Positions 39,005-52,300 of a stretch of 64,000 nt of DNA are shown here, in pieces. The stretch covers positions 4,927,784 to 4,991,783 of the forward strand of contig JAUPSS010000004.1 of the NCBI GenBank assembly GCA_040285825.1. The letters run 5' to 3'. The notes below the pieces were generated by a model. It made no database searches. It was given only the letters and a program-made list of their open reading frames with translations, and was not told the DNA's origin. The position numbers and the translations under genes are program-made. Each line of letters opens with the position of its first letter. Positions within the stretch are counted from its first letter, which is position 1. This stretch comes from Eukaryota sp. TZLM1-RC. Lineage: Eukaryota > Protista > Metamonada: BaSk clade.

Positions 39005-39300
39005 TACCTTCAGCAGAGGCTCTTTCATACACGATATTCATGCATTTTGTGCCTTATTGAAAACAGTGTCTCTAACCGCATCATGTAATAAAGAACGATA
39101 AGATATCAATTTTCAACAATTCAGAGCATGGCGCAAAGTGAGTTGAAATGAATTCGAACAAATTCATTTTTCTTTTGATAATAATTGATTAATGGGAATA
39201 TTCTAGAAAATTCAAAAGCATTATTTTTTTTTGAATGCAGCTTTAGTCAAATTCAGTAATAAATTGAATCCAACGCCACCAAGATGAACATCAGAAAAAT
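39005..39300 (-). mobile_element. CRE-like RLE/RT relics
   Basis: 39005-39200 near-identical to 170-370; VHLGGVG segment at ~39270. Confidence 0.7.
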
Positions 39301-40197
39301 TGGGTATTTCAAAATTGTGGAATCATTAAAAACATTGAAAATGCCTAAAATTCTATACATGTTTTTGATTCACTTTACCAAATTCAGCTAACCTACCATG
39401 TACAACATTATACGGATTCAATCAAAATCGATAGGGGAATTGTTTCTTGCGCACAAAATTTCAGCTTTGTTTGACCATTTTGGTAAATTTTGTTCTCTGT
39501 TGACCCAAACATTATCTTATCCACATTCAACATTCAGGAGAAGTATTCAGTTGATCACCTTTTGAGAAGAACTCTTCTACAAGGAACATTTTCTTAGCCA
39601 GGTCATTTTGTTGTTGATGTAGTAACATCAGCAGGTTCATAAACCAAAAAATCAGTACGTTGATGTTAGTTTGTTATGCTTCTTTTCTTCAATTTTATTC
39701 ATTTAATGTACACCTACCTAATGTACACCTACCATTAAATGTAGACCTATAAAATTTACCCTACAATATCACACACTCTGATTAATTATGTTCATCTATA
39801 CCTTTGTTCAAGATGCTAAATTTAAAATAGTAGTGGAAACGTAAATACAAAATATGCATAAACATATAAATAATTCTATTTCCCCTGTATGGTCCCAAAT
39901 AGATGAGTGCTATAACCTCATCTGCTTCTTCCCTATTTATTTGATGAGAAATCCATTCACCAATGTTTGGCGACGCTTCCGTTGTTGATACTCTTGACGC
40001 AACTGAAATATTACATTTTGGATATTGTTTTGTTAGGGTGAAAAAAATTGGTTTTATAGGAACAAATATTTAAACTCCCATGATCAGCTGAAACCTGGGA
40101 GCTCATCATTGAATAGTAATATTATTATTTCAATCAACAGTAATGAAACATCCAATGATAATATTAACACCATTGCAGATAAGGAGATTATTTCAGG

Positions 40198-40785
40198 TAG
40201 GATTGTCCAAGTTCAGCTCTATTCAGTTCAGAAAACCCTTAGGAACCTGATCTGAACCGAACCGCTTCCGAACCGGCAATTCATATCAGTGAAATATTTG
40301 ATTTTATCTATTCTTCAAATAATATAAACTAACTAATTGAACATTATTTCCATTCCTTTCAAAAAGACATATAGACTCAACACTTTTTTTACTCAAAGAA
40401 GCTCTGTATTCTGTAGTCGTACGATCAGCTGAGCTAAACAACTGGTCACATGCAACAGAAATAGCTTGGATAGAAAACAATTACTTTGCAAGAGTCGACC
40501 AATTTGGAAATCTACCTGTATTATATTTTCACCACTGGGGAGGGTCATCAAAATGACAAATAATCTCTTCTGCTTCATTTGATTTGATTACTAACAGGTA
40601 ATTTAGTATCCTGTAGTTAACTTTTAATAGTAGGGTCTTTGTATGAATGAAATCAACACAAATAACTGAGAACATTTATTGCTGTTTCATTTAGTATTAC
40701 TACATGTATTGGACTGGTTCAAACTGGTTTGGAACCTGAATCTAATATTAGTGAACCTGGACTGAACTGACATTCGACAGCCCTA
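40198..40785. mobile_element. Old hAT-type MITE
   Basis: Imperfect TIRs TAGGATTGTCCAAGTTCAG / TAGGGCTGTCGAATGTCAG, near-TSD ATTTCAGG/ATTTCAAG, GAAC-rich subterminal repeats. Confidence 0.55.
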
Positions 40786-40847
40786 ATTTCAAGAGATTAC
40801 ATATATAGAGGGACCAATAATATTTGGCATATTGTCAACACCAATCA

Positions 40848-41858
40848 ATGAGTTCCAGCAATGAGTCCGCTTACATTCCTCCCCACCTACGTAACGAGAA
40901 AAGATCATCTTCTCCGCCTCTACGTACTTTGGATGATTTAGCTCAACACAAAAACTGTGTTGATCACTTGATCGACATACTAAGACTTCCCACTGTAGAT
41001 GATGTTCTGTCTTGGGGAAAATTTCCCGCCGACGTTGTCCAAAGTATTGAAGAATTTATTGACTTCACATGTCCTCAACAGAGACAACAGCTAGTGGAGA
41101 AAGTAGACAAAGATCAAGATTTGATGAAAAACAATCATGGTCGATTGGGACAGGCCTATCCCAACGCGTTCAGACACTCTACCTCAAGGAATTTGTACAT
41201 GCGGAAGTACTGTCATTATCATGCTGAAAATGCCATTGAAAGAGCTGTCGTTTTATCTGCTGAAGGAAAAGACTATGATAAATCCGAGTTATCAAGGAAA
41301 TGTTTGCTCTCTGTTTTTATGTGTTTTGCTGTCCAAAGAAACATTAATGCATGCCGTGGGACTACGCAAATACCAGAACCTGCACTTATTAACATGATGA
41401 TCGCCCATGCCGTTCTAGCATTATCCAGATCCATCATCAGAGATATCCTCATTCAAACAAGAATGAATGATTTCTCGTGTTTTCAGAATCTGGTACATGA
41501 TGTGGTCGACATTATGATGAAACTCAAAAGCTTGGAAGTACCTCGTGGAGATGGGTTTCAAACTGTTGGATCAATTTTGGATGAAATGAATTATCAAATC
41601 GACCTCAATGGTGTGTTATGCTACTGCATTATTTCTTGTTTAAATGGACGTTTGCAGTCCACTGTGACAGAATTTTTTGAAGAAGAAAGAAAAGAGGACA
41701 ATATGTTTTTATTGTCAAGTTTCTTCAAAACTCTGGCTCTTTGGTTTTCAGAAATGGGACAACCAGTGGAAATTCCAACCTCTGATCAACTTAGATCTTG
41801 TTTGCGTTCAAAGAAGCCATTAGTACTTGAGTTTATCTCCTTCCTAACGAATGAATAA
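40848..41858 (+). CDS. Orphan protein, paralogue 1 (N-terminal YIPPHLR)
   Basis: Intact ORF, highly similar to 53193-54194. Confidence 0.75.
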   Translation: MSSSNESAYIPPHLRNEKRSSSPPLRTLDDLAQHKNCVDHLIDILRLPTVDDVLSWGKFPADVVQSIEEFIDFTCPQQRQQLVEKVDKDQDLMKNNHGRLGQAYPNAFRHSTSRNLYMRKYCHYHAENAIERAVVLSAEGKDYDKSELSRKCLLSVFMCFAVQRNINACRGTTQIPEPALINMMIAHAVLALSRSIIRDILIQTRMNDFSCFQNLVHDVVDIMMKLKSLEVPRGDGFQTVGSILDEMNYQIDLNGVLCYCIISCLNGRLQSTVTEFFEEERKEDNMFLLSSFFKTLALWFSEMGQPVEIPTSDQLRSCLRSKKPLVLEFISFLTNE

Positions 41859-44560
41859 TTTATGTGTGCTATTCTTGTTCTTGTTTATACAGAATTTGTA
41901 AATGGTTTGTTCGTAATGTTTTTTATCGATACATATTCATCAATTCTTCATCGCTATGTTAATGCAGGTTGATAGCATGAGCCAAATGAATCAACTAAAT
42001 TATGTTTCCTCAATCAAATCAGTTCCAACTTTGTTTCAGCAAATACATCTGGAACATGTTCTGGTTTGGTGTATGTTGCAAAATCACAATTTACCGTTAC
42101 TATATACCCAACTATACCCATTGTATCAATTGAAATCCCATCTGTTATTGTCCAATTTCAAGAATTTCTAGAAGGAGCAAAATTATGTAGTCCAACGTCA
42201 TTATAACTGTTCACAGTGACATTTCCTTAGCTAGACATGTGATCATAAAATCATCCAACACAAAATATTTGTTGCTTCTTCTTCATGATTGTTGTTTGGG
42301 ATGATGAATCGAATCTTAAGTTAATCGTTCAGGATCTTTGTCGAAATACTCAATCAACACCATTCTCCATAAAGCAATCGTGTGTTAACAAATAATATGG
42401 TATGTTGTTTGTGTTGATCATTTGGTTTGAATAAAAAAATTTAAAAATGGAAACCAAATTTTATTTCAGTAAAACATTTTAATGATATAAAAAAATTCAT
42501 TTTATCAATAAAAACATATTTAGCATTGAAATTTAATGTTGATTCAAATAAACTAATAAGGCAGTGGAGCTTTACAAAGTTGAACTCAATTCCTCAAACA
42601 AAAAAGACAAACAAGTAACTATTGAATGAATAACTGTTTGAAGTGAAACAATTAAATACTGTCGCAGAAGAGAAAGATGTCGGGAACAAAACATCAATGA
42701 AATTCTGGCGAGAAAGGTAAGAGTCTGAAATAACAAATTTTTAGCATTTATATGGTAATGAAGTTTGACCGAAACAATTCCAAACAATTTTCATTAAGCA
42801 GCAACTGAAAAAACTCTGGTAATTTTAAATATATAGACAACCTACTCCAAGCTTTGAGTAATTGAGCAATGTTCTCAACTCTGATCAACAATTTTGGTAG
42901 AGTCTAAGGAAAGAGAAAAGTTGTATTCCAAATTGTTATTCCGTTTAGGGATATTTTCAGTGTCTGAATACAATGGCAGCAGAGTTGGTTGATGTTACTC
43001 AATCTACTGATGATGCCGTAGGTTGGAAAAGTGGGGTTAAGATAAAGCTGATTTATTTTCTATTCATATTATAAAAGCCAAAGGGCGCCAACACTGCTTC
43101 TCCTATTTTTCAAAATCAATCGGCTTTATAATGAATATTCTATAAACTCTAAATACTAATAAACTAAAACTAATTCTTCTTATTTCTACTGCTAATTCTA
43201 GGCCGCTTAGGGGCACCAGACTCGCTGGAAGGACCTCTTCTATTAGGAGTACGATTACCAGCTTTTCTAATTCTCCTGTCTTTACTGAGAAACTTACAAG
43301 CTTCTGAATGTTCAACTGAATGGAGAGGCTCTTCATTTGGCTCACCGCCAAACCATTGAACAGTGCAGAAACTTCCTGGGTCAGAATTATATTCTGAGAG
43401 GATTTTCTCTATAACATGTTTTTCAACATCGCCTGCTGCGACTGCCTTAAGGAATTCAACATCCTGAGGATTCTTGGCGTTATAGATTTTGCAATCTTTC
43501 TTAGCAGCCATTACTTCAGAGCCAGTGGTAAGATTCTTTAATAATAAAGTAGAGTTGGAAGGATGATCTATTATTAAACAGGGTCCGTTCCAAGGTCCAT
43601 GCAATTTATTATTTTGTTTGGTTTTGCGAAGGACATAGTCACCCATAAATACTATAAAACACGAATTTGTATTGTATACTGAAGTCGGAGTATTTAATGT
43701 TTGAAGACGCTCTGCTTCTTCCCTTTTTTCTTGTAAACGAATAATGTTCAAATTTATATCATCTAATAAAGGAATATTGGAATCGAATTTCGATAAGTTT
43801 CCCAATATATTTGCAGCGATCTTGGACTAATCGAAAATCCAAACATAAGTTCGTATGGGGTAAAACCTGTTTTTCTGCTATAATTAGAATTTATTAATAG
43901 TGGGGATATGGGTACACAAGTACACCAATTTCCATAATCATTAAAATCTATTAATAATTTCCTCAAGCATTGTAAAGCGTCTCTATGTTTACGTTTTACA
44001 AGTCCATTAAGTTCGGAGTAGTGTGGTATTGAGTTACTCGTCTCAATAGCTAATCTGTTACACACAATCTTGAAAGTCTCATTGGCGAACTCAGGACCAT
44101 TATCATTATGAATTAACATAGGTATGCCAAAAATTGCGCAAACATTCCAAATTAATACGTCTGTGGTCTCTAAGGCATTGAGTTCTTTTAGAGGGACTAA
44201 AATTGAATAACCAGTAAATGAATCTACAAATACTAACAAGTATTTATTACCATCGCTATCAGTATTCAGAGGTCCAATTGTATCGACATTTAATCTAGCA
44301 AAAAACGATCTGCCCAAAGAGAGAACCTGTGGAAGGTGTTTTTGTTCGTTTGACCGGTGCCGTTTTTTGACAAGTTGGGCATCTTTTGACATTTTTATGA
44401 GGTCTTTTCTCATATTAGGCCAAAAAATCACTTTTACACAATTTATGTAGACTGCCGTTGTTGCTGGGGTGTCCAAATTGAACCAATCCATGTATTAAAA
44501 ATGAGGCCTGTTTTCTGAGACTTTTTGGGATCAAAATTTGATTTTTATTACTTTTCCAAA

Positions 44561-45712
44561 GACACTGACTAAATGTACCATTGATTGCACCATAAATTAT
44601 AATTTTGTTGGTAAATGTACCATAATGAAAACGTACCACAATTTCATCAACGTACCACATTCTGTTTCGTCTGAACTTCATATTTGGACTTCTCTCATCT
44701 TAAGGCAGACAGATTCACCAATATAAAAACCTCCCTTTATGCACGCTGTTTTTGCTTCCGGCTATGCTCTGATAGTAGCTCATTCATCTGAATACACTTG
44801 TCTTTTCTCTTGTGAAAAAGGAGGTAACTCCCGTTGTAAAAACGAAGGTGGTAAAACCCGCAAAACAGGTTGTCCCTTCAACATTCAGTGTCACATGGAC
44901 AGAAGATGGTTGGCTGGTTGTTAGTCAACACAACTCTCACAATCTTGATCTCTACGCTTGTATGTCTGCAAGCAGAAGTTATCGTGCTCACTTCAACGAC
45001 TTATATAAGTGTACGATTGAAACCCTTTTGAGGGCTAACTGTGAGCCCAAGGTGGTGTTTGATCGCTTATTGATCTTAAATCCAGACTGTCCCATCAACC
45101 GGAAAGACATCGCTAACAAGAGATCATCACTATTGAAGCTTCAGAAGTCCCATCTCCCTACCTTTCAATCATTGCTTGACCACCTAAGAAAAGACAACCG
45201 CCTCAATCTAAAATCTCTTCTTCATGATCATGATGGATCATTGCGGAACTGTTTGATTGCCTATCAACCCGCTTCTACTTTGGTGAATAGCAACCCATAC
45301 CTTTTGATGATGGACTGTACCTACAAGACCAATCAATACGGTATGCCTCTTTTGGTTGTAATGGGTATCACATCATTTATGACATCGTTTCCTCTTGCGA
45401 TTACCCTACTTTCAGGAGAAACGACTGATGATTACGATTGGGAATTACGTCAGCTTAGGGAAGTTTATCCTACTCTGCAAGGGGACGACCTTTAGGTTCT
45501 CGAGGTACCCGTAGAAATCCTTCTGCATTTGAAGTGCCTCCTGTGAAACGTCCACGAGGTAGACCACGTAAAAACTGCTAAGTTATAACTGTTCCATTGC
45601 TTGTTTTATAGAGCTTTGTTTTCCGCCAATAAAGTTGTATTGACTACAGGTTTTCTATAAAAAATGCCTTTTATGGTACATCAGTTAATTTATGGTACAT
45701 TTAGTCAGGGTC
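44561..45712 (+). mobile_element. Internally deleted Mutator (MULE) element
   Basis: TIR GAC(A/C)CTGACTAAATGTACCA, 8-bp TSD TTTCCAAA; FAR1-like CEKGG..RKTGCPF, MDCTYKTNQYGMPL, C-terminal AT-hook KRPRGRPRK. Confidence 0.92.
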
Positions 45713-46232
45713 TTTCCAAATTTGAGTTTTTTCATCAAAAATTGCGTTTTCAAATAAGGAGTTCTTCTTGTTTATGGCAATTTGTTGTTCTGATCTAATC
45801 TTAGTGAACCAAAAAGAAAAAAGGGGTAAATCTTGGTGTCAGCTAAGTGAACAGATTGATGGGAGATCTTCGGTTTCCCAATCAGAGTTATCGTTTCGAA
45901 GAGGTAGTTCATAATTTTAGTACATCGTGATTGGGTTGTTTATCCTTTACATTGATGAAGGTTATTCTTCTTGATCCAGGTCGATATTTCCCGATAACAT
46001 ATATGCCCAGTGGTTGTCTTCACCAGGTTCATGGACTATATCAAAGTCGAATTCAGACAGTATCGGCAACCATCTCTTTACAATTTTATTTTTCTCTGGT
46101 GCAGTTGCCAGGAATGCAATGTTTTTATCATCTGTAAAAATTGATAGGTGTCTAGTCAAAAGATAGCTCTCTAAGCAACTTTCAGTTAGAATTAAAAGTA
46201 TTGCATATAATTCCTTTTGTAAAGTGGACCAT

Positions 46233-46352
46233 TGTTGCCGTTAGGCATTATGCTAGCTGTATGTTAGATGTATGTGTAAGGCGGGTGATGATAAAGATAA
46301 TTTTGTTTAATGTATTCTATATACTTAGGTACTCACTAGTGAGATACCTACA
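46233..46352 (-). mobile_element. 3' LTR of Gypsy family B (120 bp), inserted in family A RNase H
   Basis: TG..CA ends, preceded on the minus strand by PPT GGAAGAAGGTAG; abuts family A WSTLQKELY coding; no partner LTR in the window. Confidence 0.8.
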
Positions 46353-49300
46353 CTACCTTCTTCCGTTTTCTTAATTAAAATTATGTACAGTTGTCCTTTC
46401 GCTTCCTCTGCGGATAACGCTTTTGCTGAGCCACGGGGAGAGCCTGAGCTGCGTTGTTGGATTTAATAGATTTACGTTTTCTTTTATTTGGTTTCTTATC
46501 AAATCGTTGATACGCTTCTGAATATCTGATAGAATGGAGTGGCTCCTCGGTGGTATTTCCACCAAACCATCTCACAGTACAGAAGGGTCCTTGAGCAGTA
46601 TTATACTCGTCAAGAATTTCCTCGATGACATGTTTACCTGAATCTGTGGCTGCGATGGCCCTAAGTAGATCGACATCGTTAGGATCGTCAGCGTTGTAAA
46701 TTTTACAGTCCCTGTTTGATACTTTAGTTTGTTCACCAGTCGTCAGGTTCTTTATTAATAAAGTGGAGTTGGAAGGCGTTTCTAAAACCAAATACGGGCC
46801 TAAGCAAGATATATGCAATTTATGCGGTTGTTTAGTCTTTCGAAGAATGTAGTCACCAATATTAAATGTAATTTCATCAATGTTTTTCGTATGACTGAAT
46901 GTATTTGATAGTACGTGATGCTATGCTTCTTCCCATCTCTCTTGAAGACGTTCGTTCTTAAATTTGAGGTCTTGCAAAAGTGGTACATTGGATTCAAAAT
47001 CGAAAATGCCTCCTAGGATGTTAGCAGGATCTGATCTTGGGCTGATAGATGACCCAAACATCAGTTCGTGTGGAATGTGATTTGTTATTCTACTTTTGGT
47101 TGAATTAATTAATAGTTGAGTTATTGGTACATATGTGGACCATGAATCATAGTTGTTGTAATCAATTAATAATTTCCTTATACATTGTATCACATCTGGA
47201 TGTTGTATTTCAACCAATCCATTGCTTTCAGAATGGTAAGGAATTGATTGAGACATTTCTATTGACATGCTTTGGCAAAGCGATTTAAATATTTCGTTGG
47301 CGAACTCAGGGCCATTGTCACTATGTATAGACATAAGTATGCCAAAAATAGCGCAGACGTTCCATATCAAAGCATCTGCTACTTCTTAGGCATTAAGTTT
47401 TTTTAAAGGTACGAGTATTGTATACCTTGTAAATGAATCAACGAAAACTAGTAAATATTTATTATCGTTGTTGTCTTTATTGAGTGGTCCAATTGTATCC
47501 ACGTTTAATCTTGCGAAAGGGCTATTAGCCCACAGGGAACCAGTTGAGGGAGTCTTTGATTGCTTTACTGGTGCTGTTTTCTGGCAAGTGGGATAACGTT
47601 CTATATGTTTGATGAGATCTGTTCTCATGTTTGGCCAGTAGAAATCGCTTTTGGAAAGTTTATCCAGACTTTCGTTTTTGCTAGGGTGGCCTGATTGGGT
47701 TAAATCGTGTATTAGGTTGAGTGCCGTTTTTCTTAGTTTGGTCGGGATTATCATTTTATTATTATTATTTAACCAGATTTCTGTGTTTTTGCATAATGTA
47801 GCGTTTTTGAATAAGGTATTATTGCTAATGTCCAGTTGTTGCTCTGATCTAACTTTTGAGAGCCAATTTGAAAAAATGGGTAAATCTGGGTGCTTTGCTA
47901 ATTCAAAAATGTGGATTGGATCTGGATCTTCATAATCAGAATCGTCGTCAGGGGGGGTGGTACTTGATAATGTGGGTATTGGATCATGTGGGTAGTTGAT
48001 GTGATTTATTTCCGGATTTTCTAAACTTGTATCTATGTTTCTTGACATCATGTGAGCCCAGTGATTGTCTTCTCCTTTTTCGTGTACGATATCAAAGTCA
48101 AATTCTGATAAGATAGGTAACCGTCTTTTGACGATTCTGTTCTTTTCAGGAGGCGTGGCGAGGAATGCAATATTCCGGTGATCTGTGAAAATGGTCAGAT
48201 GTCTAGTAAGGAGAAAGCTTTCAAGATGACTTTCTGTTAGCATTAATAGTATCGCATACAATTCTTTTTGTAAAGTAGACCAACGCTTTTGAGTATCGGT
48301 TAAAATCCTGCTATAAAAGGAGATTGGTGTTACTTTTCTATCATTTAAGGCAGTTCCAATGGGTGCATAAGGTGCGACTTCTTGCCAAATGACTCCTCCT
48401 ACTGCGATGTCAGATGCATCGGTGCTAATCAGAATCCGTTTGTCTGGTGAAGGTAATTCCAGAGGCATGTGATTAATAATCAGTTGTTTTATATGATCTA
48501 ATAGATGATCGTGTTTGGCTTCCCAATTTACACGATATTGTTTGTGCTTGATTAACTCATTTATGGGTGCTATTAGTTGTGAAATATTTGGGAGCCAATC
48601 TCTTATAAAATTGACTGAGCCAACTAATGACCGTACTTCCTTGATAGTTTTTGGAGCAGGTATGTTTATTAAACCATATACTCGTTTTTTTGCTAATTTT
48701 TTGTTGTTCGGATTGGAAAGTGCTGCCTAAAATGTCAATTGGTTGTTTGTCAGTAACGAATTTAATCCAATTTTTAATTTAAATTTATAATAATTTTTAA
48801 ATTTAATTCTCAATCCAATGTTGACTCTTCTACTCCTTGCGCATTGCAGTACCCTCTGTATTCTGTCAAAGAATTCTTGAAGGGTTGATCCTATTATGAT
48901 TATATCGTCGATGTAAATCAATACTCCTTCTATTTGGAAAATTTCCATCATTACATTTTGAAAAATCGCTGGGATATTCTTTAGACCGAAGCATGCCCTT
49001 TTAAACATAATAGATCTGCCAGGAATAGAGATAGATGTCTTTTGAACGTCTTTGTCGGCTACTTTCATTTGCCAAAAAACTTTTGGAGATCCAAAGTGGC
49101 AATAAGGTTGGCCTGACTCAGAAATTCCAAAACATCTGAAATTAATAATAAGTTAGACTCAACCGGAATTGTATGAGCGTTTACTCCATCTTTACCACTG
49201 AAGTCGCCCGTCAACCTAGGTTTTCGATCATCAGGGTATATCACTAATACTATTGGGGAACTGAACTTGTAGTTCGATTCAATTGCATAGCCCATTTCAA

Positions 49301-52300
49301 TCAATTGATCAAAAATCTGATTGGCTATTTGTAATTTCTTTGGGTTGAGGGGCCGAGCTGGTTTATGTACAATTGTATTAGTATTGGAGAAGGGGATCGT
49401 CATGGGTGGACAATCGATTCCATCTTTATTGGGCTTTTCGCTGAATACGTCCTTGTATTGAGCTAATATATCAGACAAACTCTTATTATACTCACTATCA
49501 TCTAAATTAATCTCACATCCAGATCTATCTCATTGCAGAGTAAAATCTTCTTCACTGCAAGAGGTTGATTCTACGTGGCCAATTTGATGAGTTTTAATTT
49601 TGTTATCAGAAATGGCTTCACCATTTAGCAGGGTGCGGCGCTCTTCGTTTAGTAAAATAACTAAACGGTCAGATGTCAGTAGCACAAGCTGTTGTAACGT
49701 GTCTACCCCAATTAAAAATTTGTTCGAACTTTGTATAATGGGGAGAGTATGGTTTATTGATACTTGGTTCGCGATGTTGGCAACATATAACGTCAGAATG
49801 CCTTGTGCACTCCCAAGCGAATTTGTTGATACATTGCTAGCAGGGATGAATTGTGCTATATCGGTTTCATTTATACACATGGAACACCGATTTGCTAGGT
49901 CGAGGGAAATGACAGAACAAAATGCAGCTGTGTCTATCATGCCTTTATGACCGTATCGTTGATTCTAACCTGAAGCTCTAAGAACTGAGGCTGCTTGGAT
50001 CTGCTGTGGTTCATACAAGGTGCAAATTCATCTGCTCGATTGTATAAATCGCTTTCTAAACTGTTTAAACTCAAATATTTATCTACTTTATTGTCATTAC
50101 CGAAAGAAAGTGGATTTAAGAGGGATGCTTGAGCTGAATTTTGCAATTGGCTAGTTGTATAAATATGGCTCAATTCGGGAGCTGTAGCGTGCGATGATTG
50201 GTGTATATGAAACATATATGCACGATGTTTATTTTTTCTCGTACCACGGCCACCTCGGCCCCTATATCTACCTTGTCCTCTGCTATGGCCTCTATGAATA
50301 TTTTTAAAACTATCATAACTACCTCCGAATATTCTTCCTCGGCCTCTACCTCTGCCGGCGCTTCTTCGTTGATCTAGTGGAACCAGAGATCTGGTGCATC
50401 CGGGGTCTTTGCATTCTGCAATTACATGGCCTGGCTTCTGACAGAAGGTGCAGAATTTGTGGCCTCCTCTGTAATGCTTTTTTTAGATTTGGGATGGATG
50501 AAACTGGTTGGCTTGTTCTCTTTTTTCCGGCTGACGTTTGGAAATCACTTGTTTCTATCTTCGGTCTGGACGCAGCTTTTCTCAATAACTGGACCGTTTC
50601 CCTATTTTGCGCAACTTTCATCCACGATAATAGGTCATTTCTCACTTTTTTTGTTAATTTGGGGAAGCTTACTAGCTTGTCCTTCCAGTAGCTCTCATTG
50701 CAAAATTTTTCGAACAGTGGCTCAGTGAAGGCCAAGTTGTTAATGCCTCATTTGCCGTTCATTTGCCAGAAAGCTTTTGGTACATCAAGTGTCGCAATAA
50801 AATCTGTTTTACTCAACAAATTTAAAATATCACTAATTTTAGGTAGATTAGGCTCTACTGAGATCGTGTGGGCATTAACACTATTTTTACCACTAAAGTC
50901 TCCGATTTATCTGGGGTTCTTGCTGTCTGGATATATAACTAAGACGAAAGGAGAGCTGAATTTATAATTAGATTCAACTGCATAGCCCAGGAGCTTGGAA
51001 GCTTCTATTAGCTTTCTTACGCCCGTATTTATTCCATGTTTGGAACTTGAAAAGGATGGAGACAAGAGACATTTTGTTGAGTGGATCCTTTTCGGATAGG
51101 TGAGGAGCTTTGTATCCTGCTGACCTAGGCCGAGAGTCTACCTTTCTCTGAAGACTACTCGTTATACTCATATCCAATATGTTCCTTGAAGATTGGAGGT
51201 CTTCTAAACGAAGAGGCTCCTCAGAGAAAAATTTTCTACGAGGGGGTTCAGGAGGAGGTTTTTTATTTAAACCAAGCCCGCTCAACTCGATTACGTCTTC
51301 TGATACATTGCTAAGCATAGGTTGGGAGGAAGTTGATGGTTCCTGAACCACCCTGGTAGGTCTTTCTACTCGTTCTGTCACATCAACTGTTGGAATCTGA
51401 TCAGGGAGTACGTCAATGGAAAAGACTTGTACCGGTTGTTCTTTCTCTGATGCTATGGGGGCAATTACTGAAAGCTTAGGTCTCTGGTAAAGCTCCGTTG
51501 ATTGGTCGCCCGTAATCATAAATCTAAACTTCTTTTTCCTTGTTGTAGATTTTGCGAATTGTTGAATAAAATTGTTTGGATGGCCCCTAAATGTGAAAAC
51601 GCTTGTAAGTTGCGTAAGTATAATATAAAGAGCATCCGCGTCAAAAATAACTCACTGGCGGGTTCCAATTTGCTTGAATTAATGCTGTCTACTTGTTCCA
51701 TATACTCTCTGAAACAAGTAGGAGCCCCAGTTGTTACCGCTGAATAGTTGTGGATGATCGTATCAAAGTACTTGTCCATCCATGCCGGCAATTTTGTTTC
51801 CAGGATGTCATCGGTATCGGTTCTGATCCTTCTTTCAATATCAAAAAAAACTTCTCTTCTCCCAAATTGATCCAAGTAAATGACTTTCCAATCAGGTCTA
51901 TCTTTGATTGGTTTAGCCAGGATTTCATGGATCTATTTGTCCATGCCGGTTATCCTAGGAAGGCGTTCCGCGCCACGTCCGTAGGTGTTTTTACTCACAG
52001 TGTCCAATGCATTAATTAACTCTTTTCTCTTGCTTTGAGGAAACTCGTAGACTCTTTTAGGATCTCCTGTATGGCCCAGAGTCTGGAATCCAACGTATCT
52101 TCCTAATTTTGAATTTTGTAGTTTGTTTCCAAAGAGGGGGGAGCAGTTCGAACAAATAGTAATCCGTGGGTTCGAAATGAGCTTCCGCGTCTTTCATTAT
52201 TTGTTGGCGAAGTTTGTTCTCTTCGTCGTCCAATTCGTCTGAGACGAATTGAAGTTCTCCGTAATCTTTTAGGACGCACGAAGTTTCTGAACTTGACCGA

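Noticed and set aside
41956-42171. Duplicated 71-aa ORF (also 54292-54507)
   Set aside because: Conservation is explained by the recent segmental duplication; no coding evidence
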